NCBI GenBank assembly: GCA_943788635.1
Contig: CALSRA010000039.1
Location: forward strand, 3,265 to 67,264
Source: an uncultured Alphaproteobacteria bacterium
GTDB taxonomy: Bacteria > Pseudomonadota > Alphaproteobacteria > UBA8366 > GCA-2717185
Direction: 5' to 3'
DNA: 64,000 nucleotides
This document shows, one piece after another, positions 10,188-20,495 of the stretch. Numbering within the stretch: position 1 is the stretch's first letter; each line of letters starts with the position of its first letter. The position numbers and the translations under genes were made by a program. The notes beneath the pieces are model-generated. The model had not been told where the DNA came from. It did not search any database and worked only from the letters and a program-made list of their open reading frames with translations.

Positions 10188-10741
10188 GCCGAAATTCCTT
10201 TATTGCAAATGTATGTTTTCACGGCGGCGATTACCGAATTAACGACATCTTCCGGCGGGCCATCAATACTTTCGACCGTGATATCCGCTTCTGCGTATAG
10301 CGGGTAGCGCTTTTCAATCAACTTTTCCAGGGTTCCTTTCGGGTCTTCCGTCATCAGCATTGGCCGGTCCGACCGGCGGTTGACCCGCCGCCATAGCACA
10401 TCCGGCTCCGCGCGAAGCCAGATTGAAATGCAGCGCCCCAGTATTGCCTTGCGGGTTTCCGCGTCCGCGAAAGCGCCGCCGCCTGTCGCCAGCACGTGTA
10501 CCGGTCTATCCAGCAACCGCTCGATAACCCGCCGCTCCCCGTCGCGGAATTCGGCTTCGCCGTAGGTTTCGAATATATCCTCAATGGAACAGCCTGCGGC
10601 GGCTTCGATTTCGTCATCGGCATCGACAAAAGGAACACCAAGACGCGCAGCGACTCTGCGGCCGATGGATGTCTTGCCGGCGCCCATCATGCCCACCAGC
10701 ACAAGGGATTTCGGTAATATCAGTTTTTCATGGGAGGTCAT
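10184..10741 (-). CDS. aroK: Shikimate kinase
   Basis: 'VGMMGAGKTSIG', 'GEAEFRDGE', 'ATGGGA'; overlaps the aroB start; ATG at 10741 preferred. Confidence 0.95.
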   Translation of the reverse strand: MTSHEKLILPKSLVLVGMMGAGKTSIGRRVAARLGVPFVDADDEIEAAAGCSIEDIFETYGEAEFRDGERRVIERLLDRPVHVLATGGGAFADAETRKAILGRCISIWLRAEPDVLWRRVNRRSDRPMLMTEDPKGTLEKLIEKRYPLYAEADITVESIDGPPEDVVNSVIAAVKTYICNKGISA

Positions 10742-10871
10742 TGCTTCGGCACGACGTTGGTAGATCGATTGAATCGGGTATCGGAGGCCTATAAACTGCC
10801 GTAGAATCGACATAGTCAAGAAATAGCGTTGCATTCAACTGAACGTATGGTTTCGGCCTGAAAAGGATTCC

Positions 10872-11012
10872 ATGAGAAGTCTCACGAAATTCCTCGCAAT
10901 CCTGCTTGTTGTCGCCGTTGGCGGGTTTGCCGCCTTCCTCGCAACATGGGATATTCCGGCCCCGTCACAAAAGGTCGAAAAAGTGCTTAGTGATGATCGC
11001 TTCCCGCGCTAG
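10872..11012 (+). CDS. Small single-pass membrane protein, 46 aa (not in ORF track)
   Basis: AAGGA RBS, then MRSLTKFLAILLVVAVGGFAAFLATWDIPAPSQKVEKVLSDDRFPR*; hydrophobic helix; overlaps the start of the next gene. Confidence 0.75.
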   Translation: MRSLTKFLAILLVVAVGGFAAFLATWDIPAPSQKVEKVLSDDRFPR

Positions 11013-13014
11013 AGGGCTGGCTGTGCTGGCGGCCGTATGGCTGCCGGTTGCAGCCGTTGCCGCCGAGCGGCAGGGACCTGTGAATATATCACCAACCGTG
11101 CTGGCGCAGTCCGGACCCGTAAGGCTGGTGCCGCGGGAGCGTGTCGCGCCGGCTGCCGGTCCGCAGGGCGAGCAGGCGCTGCCGGCCGGCCCGTTGGAAA
11201 GTGCACCGTCCGTTCAGACGCCGCACCGCAGCATCCAGAATATCGAAGTCAACGCCCTGAGCGGTCCGGAACCCGATGAAGCGGGCTCGCTTTATGCTGA
11301 CAATGGTGGGTTTGGCGGCGCGCTTTGGGAGGGGATGCCCCGGGATCTCATCGGGCGGCTGATTCAGCGCCTTCCCGCGACCACGCAATCGCCTGCCATG
11401 CGGGATATCGTGCGCCGCTTGTTGCTGACGGCGGCTTCGCTGCCGCCGCGTGGTGATGAAGGCGGCGCCAGCCTGATTGTTTCGCGTGTTGAACGGTTGC
11501 AGGCGATGGGGCTGCTTGGGTCCTCGTCGGAACTTGCCGATGTTGCGCCGAATCGGAACAGTGACCAGAATCTTCAGCGTTTGCGGGCTGAAAATTTTCT
11601 GCTGCGCAACGATGTCGGGGGGGCGTGCGGGGAAGCCGCCCGGCAGCCGCTGCAACCAGGCGACCTGTTCTGGCAGAAATTGTTGATTTATTGCCAGGCA
11701 ATACAGGGCGATACCGCCGGCGCCTCGCTCGGATCCAGCCTGTTGGTGGAAACCGGCCAACTGGATGATCCGGCCTATCTCACGCTTGTTGATCAGCTGG
11801 TATCCGGCAACGCCACGGTGGTCGACAGTCTTGTCAGCCCGACGCCCTTGTTGTTGTCCCTGATGCGGACCGCTAATATTCCGGTACCTGCAGATGCGCT
11901 TGAACGGGCGACGCCCCCGCAACTGGGGCTGATTGGCAGCAGTCCCAATACGACAATTGAAATCCGTCTTGAAGCGGCGGAACGTGCAGCACTTTATGGT
12001 TCGATGACAGCGGACCGGCTGGCGGAAGTATATGCCAGTGTCGCGTTTTCCACGGATGATCTGGACAATGCATTGAGCATCGCCGATGTGACCCGCACGC
12101 CGCGGGGCAGGGCGCTGCTGTATCAGGCGGCGCTCGTGCATGCTGTTCCGGCGGCCCGGGCGGCTGTCGTGCAGAAGGCGTTGGCCCTTGCCCATGAGGA
12201 TGGCCGCTACGCGCTGATCGTGCATGTCTACGAAACCCTGCTGACGGGGTTATCGCCGAGCAATGAATTGATATGGTTCGCGGCCGATGCCAGCCGGGCG
12301 CTTTTCGCGCTGGATCGTGCCGATCTGGCGCAACGGTGGCGGGCAACACTGCGGCAGGAAGCGGCCCGTGACCCGGAATTCGCTATCGCTGCCGATAGCC
12401 TGTGGGCCATCGCGACATTGGCGGAAACCGGGCAGAACAGTGAAGCCACGATACCCGCCCCTGAATCCAGGGCTGACCCGGTGAATGCGGCCCTCGCCGC
12501 TGCCGCGCCGACCGAAGCGGCCAGGCCCGCGTTCGGTGGTGTTCAGCGAGGCGTCGTCGTGACCACATTTAATGTCCTGCCGAAGCCGTCTGCGCCGGCG
12601 CTGCCGGTGGTGCGGGACGTCAGGATCGACCCAGCTGGTGCCGCGGCCTGGCGCGCGGCGCTGCACAACACGTCGCCGGACACTGCGGCAAACCGGATTG
12701 CAGATGCCTTTATGTTGCTGTCTGCGGCCGGAATCATTGTCGACGATGATGAGTTCCGTGCATTGCTGGGTGACTCAGGCCCGCGCATGACAGTATCGCC
12801 TGATCCCGCGTACCGGACAATGCTTGCCCGCGCATCGAAGGCGGGCCGACGGGGTGAAACGATATTGATTGCGGCATTGATGTTGGGCGAATCCGGCGTG
12901 GCAGAACTGGATACGACCGCAAGCACTGAAATTGTATTGGCGCTGCGTCTTGTTGGATTGCCACAGGAAGCGCGAAAACTCGCGATCGAAATCGCGGTGC
13001 AGGCGGGATTATAG
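10993..13014 (+). CDS. Large exported alpha-helical hypothetical protein
   Basis: Signal-peptide-like N-terminus; Pro-rich linker; 'GFGGALWEG' and Cys pair 'GAC...IYCQA'; lies upstream of xerD. Confidence 0.75.
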   Translation: MIASRARGLAVLAAVWLPVAAVAAERQGPVNISPTVLAQSGPVRLVPRERVAPAAGPQGEQALPAGPLESAPSVQTPHRSIQNIEVNALSGPEPDEAGSLYADNGGFGGALWEGMPRDLIGRLIQRLPATTQSPAMRDIVRRLLLTAASLPPRGDEGGASLIVSRVERLQAMGLLGSSSELADVAPNRNSDQNLQRLRAENFLLRNDVGGACGEAARQPLQPGDLFWQKLLIYCQAIQGDTAGASLGSSLLVETGQLDDPAYLTLVDQLVSGNATVVDSLVSPTPLLLSLMRTANIPVPADALERATPPQLGLIGSSPNTTIEIRLEAAERAALYGSMTADRLAEVYASVAFSTDDLDNALSIADVTRTPRGRALLYQAALVHAVPAARAAVVQKALALAHEDGRYALIVHVYETLLTGLSPSNELIWFAADASRALFALDRADLAQRWRATLRQEAARDPEFAIAADSLWAIATLAETGQNSEATIPAPESRADPVNAALAAAAPTEAARPAFGGVQRGVVVTTFNVLPKPSAPALPVVRDVRIDPAGAAAWRAALHNTSPDTAANRIADAFMLLSAAGIIVDDDEFRALLGDSGPRMTVSPDPAYRTMLARASKAGRRGETILIAALMLGESGVAELDTTASTEIVLALRLVGLPQEARKLAIEIAVQAGL

Positions 13015-13026
13015 GCCATCTCGGAA

Positions 13027-13944
13027 TTGCTCGAATCGTTCCTTGAAATGATGTCGGCCGAACGTGGTGCGTCATCCAATACACTGGCGGCCTATCGCCG
13101 GGATCTTGAGGCCTGTATCGGCTATCTCGATAAACACGGGGTGAAGGTTGAAGCTGCTGTAAGCGAAGACATTCGCCGGTATCTGGCCAGCTTCGATGCA
13201 ACGGTTGCTGCGAGCACGGCGGCGCGACGGCTTTCCGCAATCCGGCAGTTTTATCGTTTTCTGCATGTCGATGGCATCCGCGGGGACGATCCAACGGTCG
13301 TTCTTGATAGTCCGCGCCAGCGCCGCCCTCTGCCTAAGGTTCTGAGTGAGGAAGACGTATCCCGATTGCTGGCTGCGGCGCGGGCGGAAAAAGGCGCCAA
13401 TGGCCGGCGCCTCATCGCCATGCTGGAGCTGCTTTACGCGACCGGGTTGCGTGTTTCGGAACTTGTCAGCCTCCCGCTATCCACCTGTGCCCGGGATCGC
13501 GAATTTCTGGTGGTGCGCGGCAAGGGCGACAAGGAAAGGCTGGTGCCACTGAACGAGCCGGCCTGCGAAGCGGTGGACGAATACCGAACAGTTCGTCGAA
13601 CTCATGTTCCCGGTGGCGGCGAATCACGCTGGCTGTTCCCGTCGCGTGGGGCGGAAGGCCATATAACCCGCCAGCGTTTTGCCCAGATGCTGAAAATGCT
13701 CGCTATCGCGGCAAATATCGACCCCCGGCTCGTCAGCCCGCACGTGCTGCGGCATGCCTTTGCCAGTCATCTGCTGGCGAATGGTGCCGATTTGCGCAGC
13801 GTGCAAAAAATGCTCGGCCACGTCGACATTTCGACGACACAGATATATACGCATGTTCTTGATGCGCGCCTGCATGCGCTGGTCGACCGTGCCCATCCGC
13901 TGGCGCTGGCGGCGCATGGCACTTATACCGGCACAGCCCGATAA
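13027..13944 (+). CDS. xerD: Site-specific tyrosine recombinase XerD
   Basis: 'LLYATGLRVSEL', 'GKGDKERLVP', 'SPHVLRHAFASHLL', 'LGHVDISTTQIYTH'; aroK/accA context. Confidence 0.92.
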   Translation: MLESFLEMMSAERGASSNTLAAYRRDLEACIGYLDKHGVKVEAAVSEDIRRYLASFDATVAASTAARRLSAIRQFYRFLHVDGIRGDDPTVVLDSPRQRRPLPKVLSEEDVSRLLAAARAEKGANGRRLIAMLELLYATGLRVSELVSLPLSTCARDREFLVVRGKGDKERLVPLNEPACEAVDEYRTVRRTHVPGGGESRWLFPSRGAEGHITRQRFAQMLKMLAIAANIDPRLVSPHVLRHAFASHLLANGADLRSVQKMLGHVDISTTQIYTHVLDARLHALVDRAHPLALAAHGTYTGTAR

Positions 13945-13969
13945 CCCCGTCTATTGAACCGGACTTTCC

Positions 13970-14926
13970 ATGAATACATTTCTCGAATTTGAACGCCCGA
14001 TCGCCGAACTTGAAAACAAGATCGAGGAACTGCGCCATCTTTCTGATTCCGGCAATATCAATATTGCGGATGAAGTCGGCCGGTTGCAGGTCGAGGCTGA
14101 CCGGCAGTTGCGTCAGGCATATTCGAACCTCGACCCCTGGCAGAAGGTCCAGGTGGCGCGTCATCCCGAGCGGCCGCATTGTATCGATTACGTCAACGCG
14201 TTGTTTGACGACTTCACGATGCTCGCCGGCGACCGCTCGTATGGCGAAGATACCGCGGTTCTTGGCGGAATGGGCAGGTTTCAGGGATATTCATGCGTTG
14301 TCATCGGCACCGAGAAGGGGGCGGATACCACAGCGCGGGTCCACCATAATTTCGGCATGGCGCGGCCCGAGGGATATCGCAAGGCGCAACGGCTGATGCG
14401 TCTTGCTGACCGGTTCCGGATTCCGGTTATCACCTTTGTCGATACAACGGGCGCATATCCGGGTATCGGCGCGGAAGAACGTGGCCAGGCCGAAGCCATC
14501 GCGCGGTCCATTGAAACCTGCCTCGGGCTGGAGACGCCTTTGGTGAGTGTGATTATCGGCGAGGGCGGTTCCGGCGGTGCCATGGCGCTGGCGGCGGCGA
14601 ATACGGTGCTGATGCTTGAACACAGCATCTATTCGGTGATTGCACCGGAGGCCTGCTCGTCGATTCTGTGGCGCAGTGTCGATCAGGCCCGGGATGCGGC
14701 GCAGGCACTGAAGCTCACGGCGCATGACATGCTGCAGTTCGGGGTTATCGACCGCATTGTGGAGGAACCGGTTGGTGGCGCGCATCGTGACTCCCTCGGG
14801 ACCATCGATGCCGTTGGCGCCGCGCTGGCGCAGGCGCTGGATGCCTTGCGGGGGTTCGACGGTGCGGCGCTGCGGGCACAGCGTCGCGAAAAATTCCTGA
14901 AAATTGGCGAAGGACAGGCCGCCTGA
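13970..14926 (+). CDS. accA: Acetyl-CoA carboxylase carboxyltransferase alpha subunit
   Basis: 'FLEFERPI', 'VARHPERP', 'PEGYRKA', 'AEERGQAEAIA', 'GEGGSGGA'. Confidence 0.97.
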   Translation: MNTFLEFERPIAELENKIEELRHLSDSGNINIADEVGRLQVEADRQLRQAYSNLDPWQKVQVARHPERPHCIDYVNALFDDFTMLAGDRSYGEDTAVLGGMGRFQGYSCVVIGTEKGADTTARVHHNFGMARPEGYRKAQRLMRLADRFRIPVITFVDTTGAYPGIGAEERGQAEAIARSIETCLGLETPLVSVIIGEGGSGGAMALAAANTVLMLEHSIYSVIAPEACSSILWRSVDQARDAAQALKLTAHDMLQFGVIDRIVEEPVGGAHRDSLGTIDAVGAALAQALDALRGFDGAALRAQRREKFLKIGEGQAA

Positions 14927-14992
14927 TACCGTCCATATGCGGCTGTTAGCGCCTTTGGCAAAGCGTCGCCCGAACCAGACTGCCGCGAAATT

Positions 14993-17696
14993 CTATAGCT
15001 TGCCGTGGCAGTGTTTGTATTTCTTGCCTGAACCGCAGGGACAGGCTGAATTGCGCTGTACCTTTCCCCAGGTTTCGGGGTCGTTCGGATCGATCTGGTC
15101 TGGCGTTGGCCGCCGTCGCACGGCAACGCCAGCGTCACCATCGCCTGCCAGCGCCGGGTCACTGCGCATTTCCACCATTTCCGGCTGATCGCGTTGGAAC
15201 ATCTGTTCCGGCGGCGCCTGAGTCTCGAATTCAATATGGCATAGCACGGTCGTTACCGTTTCACGGACACCGCCAAGCATGGCCTCGAACATTGTGAACG
15301 CTTCGCTCTTGTATTCGTTCAGCGGGTCGCGCTGGGCGTATGCGCGCAGGTTGATACCCTGCCGCAGATGGTCGAGCTGCAGCAGATGTTCCTTCCAGTT
15401 CTGATCGAGGATCTGCAGCAGCAGGCTTTTTTCCGCCATGCGCATCAGCTCGGCGCCGTAATTCGCAGCCTTTCCCGCCATTTTCCGTCCGACAGCGTCG
15501 TTGACGCGTTCTTCGAGTTCCTCGTCGGCGATGCCTTCTTCCTTGCCCCAGTCCTGCACTGGCAGGTCCAGACCGAAGATACGCAGGCATTCCTCATGCA
15601 GCCGGTCCAGTTCCCACTGATCCGAATAGGTCCCATCCGGTATACAGCTCGTGATCAGGTCTTCGATCACCTGTTGGCGCATTCTGGAGGACATCATCCT
15701 GAACGTCCTCGGCGCGCATCAGTTCCTTGCGCTGTTCGTATATGACCTTGCGCTGATCGTTCATCACATCGTCGAATTTCAGCAATTGCTTGCGAATTTC
15801 AAAGTTGCGTGCCTCGACCTTCTGCTGGGCTTTCTCAAGCGCCTTGTTGATCCAGGGATGAATGATCGCTTCGCCGTCTTCCAGCCCCAGCTTGCGTAAC
15901 ATTGAATCCATGCGATCGGACCCGAAAATGCGCATCAGGTCGTCTTCCAAGCATACAAAAAATTTAGAGGCGCCAGGATCGCCCTGACGTCCGGCGCGGC
16001 CGCGAAGCTGATTGTCGATCCGGCGCGATTCGTGCCGTTCGGTGCCCAGCACATATAACCCGCCGGCATCCAGGACCTGTTTCCGTTTTTCGACGATCTC
16101 GGCTTCGATTTCCTTCGATTTCGCTTCGCGAAGGGCTTCATCATCAACCCCGTCGAATTCACGCAGCAGCCGCATTTCCAGGTTGCCGCCGAGCTGAATG
16201 TCGGTACCGCGACCGGCCATGTTGGTGGCGATCGTTACCGCACCGGGAACACCCGCATCCGCAATAATGAACGCTTCCTGCTCATGGTGGCGTGCGTTCA
16301 GGACGCTGTGCTTGATTTTTCGCTCTTTCAGGCCGGCGGCAAGTTCTTCGGAATTTTCGATGCTGACCGTGCCGATCAGGACGGGCTGCTGACGCTTGCC
16401 GCACTCTTCGATCTGCTTGACGATAGCCTCAAATTTCTCGCGCTTTGTACGATATACCTCATCGTCCTCATCCTTCCGGACCATGTTCCGGTTTGTCGGC
16501 ACTTCGACGACTTCAAGGCTGTAAATTTCCGCAAATTCGCCCGCTTCGGTCGTTGCCGTACCGGTCATGCCGGCCAGCTTGGGGTAAAGCCGGAAAAAGT
16601 TCTGGAACGTGATCGAGGCCAGTGTCTGGTTTTCCTGCTGGACGGTGACGCCTTCTCTCGCTTCCAGCGCCTGGTGCAGTCCTTCTGAAAACCGCCGACC
16701 GTCCATCATGCGGCCAGTGAATTCGTCGATGATGACGACCTTGTCGTCCTTGACGATATAATCCTTGTCCGCCTGGAACAGTGTATGCGCCCGAAGCGCC
16801 TGGTTCACATGGTGGACGATGGAGATATTCTGCGAGTCGTACAGGTTGCCATCGGTGACCAGGCCAGCTTCTTCGAGCAATTGTTCGATATGCTCGGTAC
16901 CGACTTCGGTCAGCGTTACGCTGCGCTGTTTTTCTTCTTTCTCGTAGTCTTCCGGCACGAGCTTCGGGATCAACTTGTCGATTTTCTGATACATTTCGGA
17001 AAAATCGTCAGTCGGGCCCGAAATGATCAACGGCGTACGCGCCTCGTCGATCAGGATCGAATCGACTTCATCGACAATGGCAAAGTTGAAATCGCGCTGG
17101 ACCATTTCATCGAGTGAAAATTTCATATTGTCGCGAAGGTAATCGAAGCCAAATTCGTTATTCGTTCCGTAGGTCACATCGGCGGCGTATTGTTCGCGCC
17201 GTTCATCATCGCTCAAACCGTGGACGATGCAGCCGACCGTCAGTCCCAGGAATTTATAAACCTGTCCCATCCATTCCGAATCGCGGCTGGCCAGATAGTC
17301 ATTGACCGTGACGACGTGAACACCCTTGCCCTCCAGGGCGTTCAGGTAGACGGCGAGCGTGGCGACAAGCGTCTTGCCCTCGCCGGTTCTCATTTCCGCG
17401 ATCTTGCCCTGATGCAGCACCATGCCGCCAACCAGCTGCACATCAAAATGTCGTTGTCCGAGTGCCCGTTTCCCGGCTTCTCGAATGGTGGCGAAGGCGT
17501 CGATAAGGATGTCGTCGAGGGTTTCGCCATCGGCAAGCCGCTGCCGCAACCAGTCCGTGCGCGCGCGGAGCTCGTCGTCGCTCAGCGATTCGACGTCTGC
17601 TTCAGCTGTGCCTATAGCATCGACCGTTACCTGTAACGTCTTGATAAAACGGTCGTTTGGGGTTCCAAATACCCGTCGGAGCATGCCGCCGATCAT
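14993..17696 (-). CDS. secA: Preprotein translocase subunit SecA, split by an apparent +1 frameshift near 15683
   Basis: ORF 15594-17696 has 'EMRTGEGKT', '[19 protein letters not shown]' and '[11 protein letters not shown]'. ORF 14993-15697 has '[11 protein letters not shown]' and SEC-C '[14 protein letters not shown]'. Removing one base joins them. Confidence 0.95.
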
Positions 17697-17788
17697 GAGA
17701 ACCTCGAATCCGGGGTTGCAGGACTAGAGCCAGCCATACTTTTTGACAGCGGGCCCGATTGCCGCACATCGCGGCATACTAGGGCAGT

Positions 17789-17817
17789 CAAATAAGGTTC
17801 TCGGCATCGACTGTCAA
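17789..17817 (-). promoter_or_regulatory. Putative sigma70 promoter of secA
   Basis: Minus strand TTGACA-N17-TATTTG about 90 nt upstream of the secA ATG. Confidence 0.45.
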
Positions 17818-17929
17818 CGCCGTGGAGCCGATGCGGTCGCATACTCTTGTGCCTTCTAACCGTATGTGGTTTATGCCGTTGTCTGATTTCTTGAGGGTTA
17901 TATCCTCCGTATTCTGAAGGAGATTAAGC

Positions 17930-18784
17930 ATGCCACGTCTGAATAATGTGGTTGCCGTTGTTGCGGTAATGTTGTCGGCAATGGCTTTTTCCGGCCAGGC
18001 GATGGCGCAGGCGGGGCAGGATATCCCGGTTGCGACGGTGAATGGCGAAAACGTGATGCGCAGCGAAATTTTGCGCCAGTATGAAGGTTTGCCGGACAAC
18101 GTGAAACAGGGCGGACTGGAATCTGTTTATCCGCGGCTGCTGGAGCGGATGATTCAGCAGTCATTGCTGGTCAGGCAGGGCCGTGAGAATAATCTTGCCG
18201 ATGACCCTGCCGTGAAAGCGCGCGTGGAGCAGTTTGAAGATGCGATCATCGCCGATTCCTATTTGAACAAGCTGATCGAACAGAATATGGCGCCGGAGTT
18301 TCTGCAGAACCAGTATAACGAGTTCCTGGCGCAGAACCCGCCGACCGAGCAAGTGCACGCGCGGCATATTCTGCTGAAGACCGAAGCGGACGCCACAAAT
18401 GTTATTGGCCATATCGCGGCTGGCAAGGCGTTCCAGGATGCGGCGAAGGAATTTTCGACGGGTCCCAGCGCGTCCAACGGCGGCGATCTTGGTTTCTTCA
18501 AGCGGGAAGACATGGTCAAGCCATTCTCTGATGCCGCGTTTGGAATGACGGATGGCGAGGTCAGCAAGGCACCTGTAAAAACCCGGTTCGGCTATCACGT
18601 GATTCAGGTGGTCGAACGGCGCAAGACCGAACCGCCGACTTTTGAGCAATTGAAGCCGCAGCTAATGCAGCGCGCTGGCCGCAACGTCGCTATCGAGGTT
18701 ATGCAAAAGCTCGTTGACGACGCGAAGGTTGAGCGTTTCAATCTGGATGGCGCACCTTTGGCGCCGGCACCGGCACCACAATAG
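17930..18784 (+). CDS. Periplasmic parvulin-type peptidylprolyl isomerase (PrsA/PpiC-like)
   Basis: Signal peptide; 'HARHILL', 'GGDLGFF', 'PVKTRFGYHVI'; usual secA/argJ neighbour. Confidence 0.92.
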   Translation: MPRLNNVVAVVAVMLSAMAFSGQAMAQAGQDIPVATVNGENVMRSEILRQYEGLPDNVKQGGLESVYPRLLERMIQQSLLVRQGRENNLADDPAVKARVEQFEDAIIADSYLNKLIEQNMAPEFLQNQYNEFLAQNPPTEQVHARHILLKTEADATNVIGHIAAGKAFQDAAKEFSTGPSASNGGDLGFFKREDMVKPFSDAAFGMTDGEVSKAPVKTRFGYHVIQVVERRKTEPPTFEQLKPQLMQRAGRNVAIEVMQKLVDDAKVERFNLDGAPLAPAPAPQ

Positions 18785-18791
18785 GTCGAAA

Positions 18792-20027
18792 ATGCTGAAA
18801 ATATCCCCGCTGGCCCCGGCCCGTTTTCCGAAGATACCGGAAATACCGGGCGTTACGCTGACAGGGCAGCATGTCGGTCTGAAAGCCGACCCCAAGGTCA
18901 AGGACATGATGCTGGCCTGTCTGGCACCGGGGACGGCGATTGCGGGTGTTTTTACCTCGTCCAAATGCCCGTCCGCGCCGGTTGACTGGTGCCGAAAGGT
19001 TCTCTCCGGTGGGGTTGCTCGTGCGGTCGTCGTGAATTCGGGCAATGCGAACGCGTTTACGGGCAATGCCGGGGACCTGGTTGTCGAGGCGACGGTAAAA
19101 GCCGCGGCGAAGCTCGCCAGGTGCAAGAAAGAGGAAGTCTTTGTCGCGTCCACGGGCGTGATCGGGCAGCCGGTACCACCCGATTATATCGCCAGTCGCC
19201 TGCCGAAACTGTTCAAATCCGTGAAGCCCGGGTCCTGGCAACTGGCGGCCCGCGGTATCATGACGACCGATACCTTTCCCAAGGCGGCTTCTCGCAAGGT
19301 GAAAATCGGCGACGCCGAAGTGACGATTGCGGGTTTCGCGAAAGGCTCCGGCATGATTGCGCCGGATATGGCGACAATGCTGGGGTTTGTCTTCACGGAT
19401 GCGAAGATCCCGCCCAAGGTTTTGCAGTCGTTGCTGAAGTCGGCCACAGACAAGTCCTTTAATTGCATTACCGTCGACAGCGACACATCGACCAGCGATA
19501 CGGTGCTGCTCTGCGCGACCGGCAAAGGTAAAAAACATGAAGTCGTGACATCGGCTCGGGATGCGCATCTGAAAGAATTTCGCGGCGCGCTTGAAGACCT
19601 CATGTCCGATCTCGCAATCCAGATTGTTCGCGACGGCGAAGGTGCCCAGAAACTGGTGACGATTGACGTTTCCGGTGCGGTTTCGGCGGCTTCGGCGCGC
19701 AAGATCGGGTTGTCCATCGCCAATTCCCCATTGGTAAAAACGGCGATTGCCGGCGAGGATGCGAACTGGGGACGGGTCGTGATGGCGGTTGGCAAGGCCG
19801 GGGAGCCGGCGGATCGCGACAAGCTTTCGATTTCGATGGGCGGCGTGAAGATCACCGCATCGGGGCAGCTGGTCGAAGGTTATGACGAAGCGCCGGTTGC
19901 CGTGCATATGAAGGGACAGGACGTCCATATCGCGGTTGATATCGGCCTTGGCCGTGGCAAAGCGCGGGTATGGACCTGCGACCTGACCCACGGCTACATC
20001 GAAATTAATGCGGATTACAGGTCCTGA
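18792..20027 (+). CDS. argJ: Bifunctional ornithine acetyltransferase/N-acetylglutamate synthase ArgJ
   Basis: 'VNSGNANAFTG', 'IMTTDTFPK', 'KGSGMIAPDMATML', 'DTSTSD', 'DANWGRV', 'INADYRS'. Confidence 0.96.
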   Translation: MLKISPLAPARFPKIPEIPGVTLTGQHVGLKADPKVKDMMLACLAPGTAIAGVFTSSKCPSAPVDWCRKVLSGGVARAVVVNSGNANAFTGNAGDLVVEATVKAAAKLARCKKEEVFVASTGVIGQPVPPDYIASRLPKLFKSVKPGSWQLAARGIMTTDTFPKAASRKVKIGDAEVTIAGFAKGSGMIAPDMATMLGFVFTDAKIPPKVLQSLLKSATDKSFNCITVDSDTSTSDTVLLCATGKGKKHEVVTSARDAHLKEFRGALEDLMSDLAIQIVRDGEGAQKLVTIDVSGAVSAASARKIGLSIANSPLVKTAIAGEDANWGRVVMAVGKAGEPADRDKLSISMGGVKITASGQLVEGYDEAPVAVHMKGQDVHIAVDIGLGRGKARVWTCDLTHGYIEINADYRS

Positions 20028-20101
20028 CAGACGGCCGCGCCATACCGTCCGGCTGCTGGGAAGCCGGTGGCCCTGACGGGGCCGCGAAAGACCTTCCCAT
20101 C

Positions 20102-20491
20102 GTGCTGGTCGCGGCAGGAGCGCTGGTCGATGTCGATGGCCGCGTTCTTATCGCCCGCCGTCCACCCGGCAAGGCCATGGCGGGCTTATGGGAGTTTCCC
20201 GGCGGCAAGGTGCATGAAGGCGAAACCCCGGAAATCGCGCTGATCCGCGAACTGCAGGAAGAAATCGGCGTCGATACACGGCAAAGCTGCCTGGCGCCGA
20301 TTGCCTTCGCCAGCCATACCTATGATGATTTCCATTTGCTGATGCCGCTTTTTGCCTGCCGCGTCTGGCAGGGCACGCCGCAGCCGCTGGAAGGCCAGGA
20401 ACTGACCTGGGTGCGCCCGGCGCGCCTTGGTGATTATCCGATGCCGCCTGCCGATATTCCGCTGGTGGCAATCCTCCGGGACCTGCTGTAG
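20102..20491 (+). CDS. mutT: 8-oxo-dGTP diphosphatase (Nudix)
   Basis: Nudix box 'WEFPGGKVHEGETPEIALIRELQEEIG'; follows argJ; true start probably further upstream. Confidence 0.9.
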   Translation: MLVAAGALVDVDGRVLIARRPPGKAMAGLWEFPGGKVHEGETPEIALIRELQEEIGVDTRQSCLAPIAFASHTYDDFHLLMPLFACRVWQGTPQPLEGQELTWVRPARLGDYPMPPADIPLVAILRDLL

Positions 20492-20495
20492 GGGC

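Noticed and set aside
13027-13944. Tyrosine recombinase as a prophage or island integrase
   Set aside because: XerD-like length and motifs, housekeeping aroK/accA context, and no att site, tRNA or phage genes.
15594-15697. Programmed frameshift in secA
   Set aside because: No slippery site is visible, and the same +1 error type recurs elsewhere in the window.
18738-19991. Long antisense ORFs (also 36046-37149, 37435-38490, 44042-45259, 11089-12225)
   Set aside because: They are shadows of real genes caused by high-GC codon bias and show no protein motifs.
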